Source of the DNA: Chiloscyllium plagiosum
Taxonomy: Eukaryota
Assembly (NCBI RefSeq): GCF_004010195.1
Contig: NW_025215381.1
Span: 999,909-1,063,908 of the forward strand
Reading direction: 5' to 3'
DNA: 64,000 bases
In this document: in pieces, positions 37,094-48,180 of the stretch
Numbering within the stretch: position 1 is the stretch's first letter
How the letters are laid out: each line of letters opens with the position of its first letter
Position numbers and translations under genes: made by a program
Notes under the pieces: model-generated
Told to the model about the DNA's origin: nothing
Databases searched by the model: none
The model's input: only the letters and a program-made list of their open reading frames with translations

Positions 37094-39278
37094 GTAAGTA
37101 CCGAGCAAATCCAGATACATGGTCAAGTTAATACTGTCCCTTCAGTGGCAGGCAACAGTGAAGGGCACAAAATAATTTTGCTTGTCGGCCAGAGCCCATG
37201 TTCAGTGGGAGGATGGTTTGATACTTGTTTGACAGAAATTGGGGTGAATGGGTGTTCAAATCCCACTGATGCACGTTATCAAATTTAAATTTATAAATCT
37301 TAATTTGGCACAAGAACAAAACAGTCACGTCAAGGGCTTGTTGCCAATAAACTGCTGCTGTTCAGGAAATGGAAGCTACCAACTTCCTTGGTTTTGTCTC
37401 CATGACTGTCCAGTGTACCTTTACCTACTCAGCTCTCCACATCTTAGTACTAAAGCACAGTGGCAATCTATAAAGCTAAGGGTGGGTAATGGTGCAGCCA
37501 CACCCCTAGACAAAGTCAGAAGGATGTCTTGGAAGTGTACGCCAGTTTTTAAACATTTTGTCACAGGAGATTATTCGGCCAACTTTTGTTTCAGCTCTAC
37601 CAGAAGATGGTGGTGGCGGGTCCCTCTCTGAGCTGCTGCAGTCACTGTGGCTATAGTTAGGGAGGGAGTTTCAGGACTTTGACCCAGTGACAGTGAGGAA
37701 ACAGTGATATAGTTCCTAGTCAGGATGGCGTGTGGCTTTATGTGCAAGTTGGATTTGGTGGTGTCCTTGTCCTCCTAGATGGTAAAGGTTCTGAGTTTGT
37801 AAGATGCTACTGAAGGAGCTATGGTGAAGTGCATCTTGCAGATGGTACCCACTGCTGGTACTGAATATCTGTGCTAAGGGAAATGAATGTTTATGGATGT
37901 GGTGCCAGTCAAGCGGGCTGCTTTGGCCTGGATGGTGTCGAGCATCTTGAGTGTTCTTGGGGCTGCAGTCATCCAGGCAAGAGGGGAGTATTCCAGCATA
38001 CTCCTGACTTGTGCCTTGTAGGTTGTGGGTTTGGAATTACTCACTGCAGAATTCTGATCGGCTCTTGCAGTCACATTATTTACACAGAACAGGAGCAGAC
38101 CCTTCAGCCTACCATGTATGTACCAACAATTATGCCGTTCTAAATTAATCCCATCCACCTGCACGTGGTCTATATCCCTCTATTCCCTGTCTGTTCATGT
38201 GTCCATCTAAACGTTTCTTAAACTTTGCTATTGTATCTGCTTCCACCACTTCCTCAGGCAGCTTGTTTTAGGCACCTACTAACCTGTGTTTAAAAAAATA
38301 CTTTCTTCACACAATTCCTTTTAAACTTTCTCCCCTCACCTTAATTTGATAGTATTTGATATTTCCACCCTAGAGGAAAATAGATTTAAATGATCGCCCT
38401 CTCATAATTTTATATATCTCAGGCTGTCCCTCAGCCTCAAGCATTCTAATGAAAGCAATCCAAGTCTGTCCAACCTCTCCTTTTCACTAATGTACTCCAA
38501 TCCAGGCAACGTTCTGGTAAACCTCTTCTGCACCCTCTTGAAAGCCGCCTCCTTATATTGTGGCAACCAGAATTGCACACAGTTATATGGTTAGTCCAGT
38601 CCAGTTCAGTTTCTTGTCAATGGTTATCTCCTCAGAATGTTGATAGTGGGCAATTTAGTGATGGTAATGCCATTAAATGTCTTGGAGAGATGGTTAAATT
38701 CTCTCATGTTAGAAATGGTCCTTGCCTGGCATGCTTATTACTTGCTATTTGGCAGCCCAAACTAGGGCTCGTTGCATATGAATGTGGATTGCTTCAGCAT
38801 CTGCTGAACATTGTGCATTCATCAGTGGTATGTGCTCAGTACAACTCCAGCTATCAGGGAGGTGTTGCCCTGAGTCTCATTGACTCCAGTTTTATAAAGA
38901 TTCTTTGATACTGCACTCATCAAAGGCTGCCTCGATGTCATATTGAGTTCAACTGTTTTGTCTGTGTTTGGACCAAGCTCATGATTGATTCCATCAAGTA
39001 CTACTTTACCACTACACTCAATCCCGTAACTGTTCCTTGCTCCCTGGCATCAATCTTCATGAGGCAGTTTTTGTCCCCAACACAATATCTCAGGAAATCC
39101 TGTTGACTACAGGATTGACTGAATTGACTGTTGACTGAATAGCTAGACCTGAGTCCAAATCTCCACACCCCCCCACTTTACCTTTCACTGTTTGATCCTA
39201 AGCTAAATTTCAATGTATTTTCTCATCGCTCTTGATTTGTCCATCACTTCCATCCAAACCTTGCTGTTTATTAGTTTT

Positions 39279-39561
39279 GATTAGATTCCCCACAGTGTGG
39301 AAACAAGCCATTTTGGCCCAACAAGTCCTCAGAGTCACTCACCTAGATCATTTCCCTCTGACTAATGAACCTAACACTGTGGGCAATTTAGCGTGGCCAA
39401 TTCACCCTGACCTGCACATCTTTGGACTGTGGGAGGAAACCGGAGCACCCGGAGGAAACCCACACAGACACGGGGAGAATGTGCAAACTCCACACAGACA
39501 GTCGCCCGAGGCTGGAATCGAATCTGGGTCCCTGGTGCTGTGAAGCTAGCCACTGTGCCAC
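39279..39561 (-). mobile_element. HE1-type SINE
   Basis: Same family. Confidence 0.85.
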
Positions 39562-41044
39562 CCATACACTCTGTGTGTCACAAGTGCAGAAGATAATTTG
39601 CAAGATAGATTTGCACTAATGTAGCCCATCTCACCCATTTCCAACGTTACCAAGAACTTCACAGTCAATGGAGTACCTTTTTGAAGTTGGTCGCTACTAC
39701 AGGAAATGTAATAGCCAATTTTCAGACAGCAAGATCCCTAAAACAACAATCTGGTGGTAGGTCAGACCATTGTTAAAGGAGTTGATGGACCAACATAAAA
39801 GAGAGTACCTCCAGCTATCGGATTCATTTCTGCACAATCTCTTCCATTTGCCTGAAATTGCAGGTGCGGCCTCGATTTGACATCTCATCCTGAAAGACAG
39901 AACTTCTGACAGTGCAATCCTCTCTTAGTAATGAACTTCCGAAACAGCTCCCTTGGTACTGATCTTCCGACAGAGTGGCACGCCTTTATTGTTGACTCGC
40001 TAAGAGTGCGGCACTCCCTTGGTACTGACCCTTTGACAGGATGTGCCCCCTCATGTACCAGCAGCGTGAATGTCAGCCGGCGTTGTGTTCATAACATGTG
40101 GGCTTGAACCCGCTACCATTTGACAGTATTTACTACATTTGATGTGGAATAAATATCTAGGAAGTTGTGTTCTGAGCCTAGCTGCTCGTGCTATTACCTG
40201 AGGCTCTGTATTGAGTGCTCCTGCCTACCTTTACCCTAGGTGTGTACTACACTGGAGCAGTTAAGACTAGCTCCTGCTACTGATCTGCTCACCTGTCTGC
40301 CTTATAAAGACAAGCAAACATATCAAAACTTGAATAATCATGGGGTAGTTAGATCCCAAGCACTCAGTTCTGGGAAGCACATTTTAGAACCGTCAAGATC
40401 TGAGAGAAGGGAGATTTACTGGATTCATTCCAGAAATGAGGGACTTTGGTTATTGTGAGATCAGTGAAGTTTGATTTATCTTCAGTGCAGAGAAAGTATT
40501 GAGAGATTCAACTGAGGTGCTTAAAATCTTGAAGTGCTTCGATAAAATAAAGAGCTGTTTCTAGTGACAGGGCTGTTGGTAACCAGGAGGGCACAGAGTT
40601 AGTCATTTGGCAAAAGCCCAGAGGAAGAGATGAGAAGACTTTAATTCGGTGATCTAAAGTGTGCTGCCTAAAAGGCCGGTGGAAGCAGATTCTTTCGAAC
40701 TTTCACAAGAGGAATTAGATAGATATTTGAAAAAGGAGTGTTGTTGATAAAAGCAGCACAGTTTGATGAGGGTTTTCATTTGCATGCTTCAGGGCCACTC
40801 GCTAAAACACCAATTCAAGGGACAAACTTAACATTTGTACAGCGTGAAAGGAGATTGCGGGTTGTGTCTGATTGGTCGAGGTGGTTCTTGCATTGAAAAG
40901 GTGGCATTTGCTGGATTGTGGGGATTGGTACACATCTGAAAGGTCTTCCAAAGAACTGGCACAAATTTATGTTTTCTCTGTGCTAAACGATGTTAAATAA
41001 TTCGCATCTTTTATTCTGGCTAATTGCGCTAATTCACTCCTTAG

Positions 41045-41249
41045 GTTCAAGGACCTGAAATCCCAACGACATCACCATGCTCAAGTGGCCTTCCAAGTGT
41101 GCGTGCGGCCAGGGTCGTATAAGGTGGGGCCACAGTCCGTGGGAGCCAGCGAGTCGATTGATCCCAGGTTCAGCAACAATGAAATCGAGTGGATCACCAA
41201 GGAGAGGGCCTCAACGGTCCTTTACGGCCTGTTAATCCGTGTGGAATGA
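41045..41249 (+). CDS. NEURL4: NEURL4 terminal coding exon to TGA stop
   Basis: ctccttag|; 205 nt; (R)[67 protein letters not shown], matching the recalled NEURL4 C-terminus ([14 protein letters not shown]...ELEWVTKEKG...LLVRVE). Confidence 0.96.
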
Positions 41250-42256
41250 AGGATTTCCCATCCAATCTGCCAGCCCCTCTGAAACTCTGGTGGGGAAGAG
41301 AGAGAGAGAGACTGCGAGCATGGAGCAAGCCCAAGGGGAACGAGGGGGAGGGAATGATCCCACTTTGGTGCTACAGCAACAGCGATGTATTGGGTGGGTG
41401 AGGGGTGGTAAGAGAGCACAGAGTTGGGACACATTTGCACAGTTTTACACAACTTGCTGTCACACCAGTGGAATACTGCACTATTGACTCTTATGTTCAA
41501 AAGAGAGGAAAAAAAAACACAAAAAAACCTCAAACTAAAATGTTCAGTTGAGTTTAATCTTGCATTTTGGGGAGGGGAATGTTTTTGTTAGTGATGGGTG
41601 TGAGCCCTATTTCCACTGAAGTGAACAGTTTTATAGATTTTTCTTTGTTTTCAAAAGAAGTTTTCTTTTAAATCCTTGGACAGTAGAAACGTGAGAACTG
41701 GGCTGCACACAGCCAGAAGCCTGATTCATAACTAGAATATAGAGCATCTGACACTGGATATTTCCTCTCCTTGGGAGTTGAGATTGGAAAGACAGGGGGA
41801 CAGGGGGCACACAAAGGTGAAAGTGCCCCCATCAGGTGGGCATGTGTGCAAATACTGTAGGGACGTTTTAAGGCAGCGAGATCTTCTTCTGAAATCCTGT
41901 GCACGTGATTGCATGTCAACTGTGGCGATATTTACAGACTTGTATAGTGTGTGAACTGCTGGGGCAGGGAAGGACAGGCACGGCTGTGTGTTTGTCAGTC
42001 AGCGGGCTTGGAAGGGGCAAAGGTTATTTAGATCTTCTAGATCTGTCCAATCTCAGGATGAAAGAGAAAGGCAGCATGAGGGCAAAGGTTGGCCTTGCTC
42101 AGTTGGCCCAGTCACTGCCCCAAGCAATTGCCTAAGACTCGAGCGTGATGCAGCTCAAACTTGCCTTCACCCTCTGAGCCACAGCCTCTGCACTGCGGAC
42201 TGGCATTGTGACCACTGTTGGGTTTTTTTGTATAAAATGGACTCCACTGCTAATTA

Positions 42257-42444
42257 TAGAATCTCTTCAGTGCAGAAGCAGGCTTTTGAGCCCATGGAGT
42301 CCACACTGACCCTCTGAAGACCCAGCCCCCTACTCTATCCCTGTAACTCTGCATTTCCCATGGCTTACCTACCTAGCCTGCACATCCCTGGACACGATGG
42401 GCAATTTAGCATGGCCAGTCCATTTAACCTACACACCTTTGGAC
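42257..42444 (-). mobile_element. HE1-type SINE 3' half, probably within the NEURL4 3' UTR
   Basis: SINE tail and gggcaatttagcatggcca body motif. Confidence 0.7.
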
Positions 42445-43266
42445 CGTCTATTGGCTGCCTGTTATCACCTCTCTGCCATTTCATCTTTAATGTAAAGCTG
42501 CCATTTAATATCCGGTGGGAATGGAAGGGAATACAATCTGATTGAATGGCTAGCAGCTACTGGGAGTAGACTGCAGCTGAAGAAGCAGGGATAAACTGAG
42601 AAGGTCCTATTGCTGCAATGTGAACTGGTGGAGGCTACAGCTAACTGAGAGCATCACCCGGATTTGTTTGACAGCTTTGTGTATTTTGCACTGGAAGGTG
42701 TTTTATTTTGCCAACACAGACCTTGTTGCAAACAAAGCAGACTGCTTTAAAATGTTAACCGAAAATGCACGTGTGTATGTTGTAACTTGTTCATGTGACA
42801 CACAGGAGGCTGGAACAGAAGGGATTGGCAGTGAGGTTGGAGTCGCTCCTGGACTGTGTGTACCCCTCACCCTGTTCAGACATACTCCAGACAATCACTT
42901 ATGCTGCTTTTGTTTAACCCTCCACTGTCTAATGTCAGACGAAATGCAAAGTCACTCCGATCATATACCACCTCAAGGCAGGTGGCTGATTTATTCTTTC
43001 AAGGGCAATTTGTCGAGAATTTTGTGTAATGAATAATGCTGACTGGAAGCAGTTTTCAGAGTGAGAGTGGCAGTTTTAATAGAGATGATAAGTGTCTATT
43101 GATGTTTAAACTAAAGTAGTATAACCCTGTCAGAAGAATATAAGACTTGCAGTCTGGAAACTTTTTAATATTTATGTGAGATTCTTTTTCCCCCACCTCC
43201 TTTTCCTTCATCCAACTTGCCCTTCCCTGGCAAGGTGTGTTACAAACCAGAAGCACACACCTTCCT

Positions 43267-43272
43267 ATTAAA
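43267..43272 (+). promoter_or_regulatory. Candidate NEURL4 poly(A) signal (ATTAAA)
   Basis: First AATAAA/ATTAAA hexamer I found after the stop; it ends ~2 kb of mostly unique sequence and is followed by CA and a pyrimidine-rich stretch. Confidence 0.4.
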
Positions 43273-44104
43273 GTCATTTAATCATGTCCCCTTCTTTGGA
43301 CTGGGGGAAGAGAGGAGGAAGCTGTTGCGGGTAGAATACTCCATTGGATGATAAGATGCTTACCAAAAAAAAACAAAAGTGCTGAAGAGCCTCAGCAGGT
43401 CTGACAGCATCTGTGGAGAAAGGCAGCGAGCTCACTTTTCAAGTTGAGTTTAACTTCAGAAGAGTTGTCATCATGGAATCGAGAACTCTTTCTCCGCAGA
43501 TATTGCCAGATTGCCCAATTTTCTCCAGCAATTTTTCAGAATTCCAGTATCCTCAGTACTTTAATTTTTATCATAGTGGGTATTCCTGTATTTCTCCACC
43601 CTCTTTCATTACTGATGAGAGTCTGTTTTTAAAAACAAGGGGACGAGTGATTTTCGGTGGACAGTCATGTTACGTATTCATAAAAGGTTATCTCAGAAAA
43701 AGTGTGGTGCTGTTCAAGGGTCTGCTTTTTGAGTGTAAACACTGGAAACCATGTTCGAGACTTGAGAATGGCACAGGGAGTCTCCACTGCATGGAGGGCA
43801 GTGGTTCCAGGAGGGCTTCTACCCTCAAACCTCACCATCTTCTGCAACGGAGAAAAGGACATGCCCTTTCCAACATTGTCCGCATCCAAAAAAACTAGCC
43901 TAGGATTTCCTCGATCTTGAATACACAAATGTTTCCAGAAACTTTGCCGCCTCAACTGTTCACAAGTATTTAAACACATAGAAAACAAGCATGGACCATT
44001 CAGCCCCTTGACATTTCCATTTCCCATTTGATTATTTTCATCTTAGTTCCTATCTGCACCCTTGCTGTAATTCGAGACAAAAACAAGTATTGGTAAAAGG
44101 GGTT

Positions 44105-45172
44105 CAAAGTTTGTGTAAAGATTTGTAGCTCGGGCGCCGTGGTTTTGGGGATGTTCGCTGAGCTGGGAAGTTGATTTGCAGGAGTTTTGTCTCCTGTCTA
44201 GGTGACATCTTCAGGGCTTTGGAGACTCCTGTGAACCGCCGATGGACTGTCTCTTCCGTAATTTATTTGGTTCTGTTTCTGCTGGTTCCAGTTGTTTATT
44301 GTAATGGCCGGTATATTGGGTCGAGGTCAGTGTGCTTGTTGATAGAGTCCGTGGATGAGTGTCATGCTTCTAGGAATTCTCTGGCTGTCCTCTGTTTAGC
44401 TTGTCCTATGACCATTGTGTTGTCCTCGTCGAATTTGTAATACCTGTCGTCTGTGTGTATGGCAACTAGGGATAGCTGGTTGTGGCATTTAGTGGCTGGT
44501 TGGTGTTCGTAGATGTGGATTGCTAGCTGTATGCCTGTTTGTCCTATATAATGTTTTGTGCAGTCTCTGCATGGAATCTGGTAAATTACATTAGGCTTGC
44601 ACGTTCTTGGAACCGACAGCCAGATTTCTCTGACCACTGGGATTCACGACAGTCCATAAACCAACAGCCACGCGCAGACAACAATTCACCAGGACAAAAG
44701 ATCCGATACTCATCATGTGCAAGCCTAACGTAATTTACCAGATTCCATGCAGAGACTGCACAAAACATTATATAGGACAAACAGGCATACAGCTAGCAAT
44801 CCACATCTACGAACACCAACCAGCCACTAAATGCCACAACCAGCTATCCCTAGTTGCCATACACACAGACGACAGGTATTACAAATTCGACGAGGACAAC
44901 ACAATGGTCATAGGACAAGCTAAACAGAGGACAGCCAGAGAATTCCTGGAAGCATGACACTCATCCACGGACTCTATCAACAAGCACACTGACCTCGACC
45001 CAATATACCGGCCACTACAATAAACAACTGGAACCAGCAGAAACTGAACCAAATAAATTCCGGAAGAGACAGTCCATCGGCGGTTCACAGGAGTCTCCAA
45101 AGCCCTGAAGATGTCACCTAGACAGGAGACAAAACGCCTGCAAATCAACTTCCCAGCTCAGCGAACATCCCC
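44105..45172. mobile_element. Penelope-like element relic as an inverted repeat (GIY-YIG endonuclease + pLTR in each arm)
   Basis: + copy from ~44604: TARFL*PLGFTTVHKPTATRRQQFTRTKDPILIMCKPNVIYQIPCRDCTKHYIGQTG...EH...AREFLEA* (VIY...YIGQT = GIY-YIG); inverted copy 44146-44602 pairs with 44717-45173. Confidence 0.92.
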
Positions 45173-46963
45173 ACAAGTACGACATTGGCAAAGGTGTTAC
45201 CATGGGGGGAATGCAGCAGTTAATGATAATGGACAGTAAAGTGCCAGCTTTTGTATAAAGCCTGGCAGTTATTTATAAATCATAACTATTGCAACAGTGC
45301 CTAATTGTCTCAAATCTGTCATCGACTTTGGAAAGCCCAAGGAATTGAGGTGCCATATTAAAGAAAGTATTTCTATCAACACCGCCACTTAGCTTAAATG
45401 CCACTGTTAGATATCCTTAAGCTTTATTGGAGAGAATACCAGCCCAAGACTATGCAACTTTATATTTAACTATAACACTTACCATGTTCCTCACAACAAG
45501 TTGGAACATGACTTGCCAATTTTCTACCTGTAATCATTGTTCTATTCAAGCTTGAACCAATACTGCAACTGTAATCTAAGTCTTACTTCTGAAAGGTCAT
45601 CTTTTATTTGCATTTTCTTTTTAGGTTGAAGAGAGAGTACATCTGTTTCAGGGACCAGCCCTTCTTGCATGTGGAGCACTGGGCCCAATGATTGCAGGTC
45701 TGACATCAGCTGCTTCATTCTGTGCTGACATTTCAGTGTGCAGTTTGTAAAGGGAAAAGGGATAAAGTGTTTGGCAGAGAGGATGGTGGAGCATTTCACT
45801 TTTGCAATGCAACTCCCTTGGGCTGAAGACTAACAGTGTTCATGAATGATTTATTAGACTCGTGCTGTCTCTTTGTCATCAAAATACGTCCAGTTCCTCG
45901 ATTCTGCCATGAAGAAAACATTCTGGTTAGTCTTCTCCTGTAGCAGAGGGTTTGCTGTGGTTTGACCCTTTCTTTTTGTCTATCCCTTTGTAACCTTTGG
46001 GATGTAGAGCATCACTAGTGAGACCAGCATGGTCAGAGGGCAGTTGAGTCACGTGCAGAGACGATGTGGAAGGACATCTTCCCAAAAGAACATTAATGAT
46101 CCAGATGGTTTTTTTAACAACATTTAACAGCAAAGCTGGTAATGGTGTAGTGTTATTAATACTAGAATGTTAAACCATAGACGCAGGTAAGGTTCTGGAA
46201 CCTGGATTCAAATCCCGCCACAGCAAATGGGGGAATTTGCATTAAGCAACAAATCTGGAATTAAGAGTCTAATGTTGACTATGAAACCATTTTCACTTGT
46301 CAGGAAAACCATCTGTTCACTAATGACCTTTCGGGAAGGAAACTGCCATCATAACCTGGTCTTGTTCAGTCCACGTGTGCCTCTGAATACTTGGCAATGT
46401 GATTGACTTGTAACGGCCCTCTGGACAATTAAGGATGGGAAATAAATGCCAGCATCACCCGCTTGCTGTGGATGAAAGAAGATCGAAACATGGTCACCAT
46501 CAGACTAGCTTTATATTCCAGTCTTTTTTTTCATTACATTCCAATTACGCGATCTTCCATGGTGGGATTTGAATGTGTGCATCTAGAATAGCCTGGAGGT
46601 TCTAAATTACTCACTCAGTGATTATTACAACCACTACCATCTCCCTACATTTGTTTTATCCTGACAAAGGTGGGTTCCTTTTGCCTCAGTTGTCACCTCA
46701 ATTTCCAATTCACCTCACAAGTTTGATTCCAGATTTGCTGATAAACTCTTGTATAGGTCCTGCGACCATAGGTGACATCTTGCCCTAAGACTAAGCCAAG
46801 ACTCCTTCTACCTTCTGAGGTGATTTAAAAGATCCGACAGCCACAATTGGCATTATCTGCAGTGTTCTGGCTAATCTTTTTTGCTTCAACTAATGTCACT
46901 AAAACAGACCTTTTACACCCATAGGTCATTGCATTTTCTACATGTGTAGCCATGACCACTTAA

Positions 46964-47230
46964 TTACTCCATTTGGCTTTTGAGATTTACTGATGTTGTT
47001 CACGGTATAAATGTAGATATACCGTGAACAACATCAGTAAACCTCAAAAGCCAAATGGAGTAAATAAACACACTTTTTCATATCAAACCTCCTGCCAAAC
47101 TTGATGAGGAGACGATTGTAAATGTAAATATACCGTGAACAACATCAGTAAATCTCAAAAGCCAAATGGAGTAAATAAACACACTTTTTTCATATCAAAC
47201 CTCCTGCCAAACTTGATGATGAGACGATTG
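46964..47230. repeat. 46-bp inverted repeat overlapping a 111/112-bp tandem duplication
   Basis: Arms 46964-47009 and 47018-47063; tandem units 47008-47118 and 47119-47230. Confidence 0.92.
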
Positions 47231-48004
47231 GCAAGCTACAGTGGCATTGATCCACAGCCTAGCAAATACAATATTCATACATCATGTGAGGATACCTGAA
47301 CTTGGACTGATTTATCTAATTTTGTCCTACTTAATAAGGTTTCTTTACCCCTTTCAAATATTTCCTTTTGAAGGTTTCTACTGAACTTTTTAATTCTTTC
47401 ACAGAATCAGGGTATACTGCAATCTGTTACCTGTCCCCAATCACCCTTAAGAAGCTGGTGGTGAGCTACCTCCTTGAAACGCTACAGTCCATGGGTGGAG
47501 GAATACTGGTCCTGTTAGGAATGGGGTTTTCCAGGAGTTTGACCCAACAACATGAAGAACTGTGATGTAAATTGAAATCGGGAGGATATGACTTGGAGGA
47601 AACTTGAAGTTGGTGATGTCCCCGTTTATCTGCTGCCCTTGTCGTTCTAGATGTTAGAGGTTGTGGGTTTAGAAAGTGCTGTTAGAGAATCTGCCATGAG
47701 TTGCTGCAGTGTGCCTTGTAAATGGCACACACTGCTGCTACTGTGCATCAACAGTGAAAAAAATGAACCTTGAATGGAGTAGGATGCTTTGTTCCATATG
47801 GTGCTGAGTCTTTTCGATTGTTGTTGGAGCTGAACTCATCCGGACAAATGGAGACTTTTCTGTCACAGTCCTGACTTGTACCTTACAGACAGTACTAAGG
47901 GACTGCTGGAGGTGTTGACAGAGATGGAATATTAAACTGAATCCCAATGTATCCACTCAGGTGCAAAATCTTACTGCTATTTGAAGAAAAACAAGTGAGT
48001 TAAA

Positions 48005-48180
48005 CTCTGTTAAAGTTTCGAGTCCAGTGATCCTTCTTCAGAATTGTCCTGCAGAAGGATCACTGGACTCAATGTTAACTCTGCTTTCTCTCCACAGAGC
48101 TGCTAAAGATCTGCTCTCTCCAACAATTTGTTTTTGTTCCAGGTTTTCAACAACTGCAGTTCTTTATTTTATTTTAGAGT
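48005..48180. mobile_element. Old fold-back PLE-derived insertion with decayed hammerheads
   Basis: gagtccagtgatccttcttcag is inverted relative to ctgcagaaggatcactggactc. Confidence 0.6.

Noticed and set aside
39895..40045. Short ~32-bp degenerate tandem units (gacagtgc...ctccct..gtactga)
   Set aside because: Too decayed to define; probably the tail of an old retroposon.
43413..44027. 161-aa and 120-aa ORFs downstream of NEURL4
   Set aside because: No recognisable domain; the first begins in an old PLE-type fold-back; no convincing exon structure.
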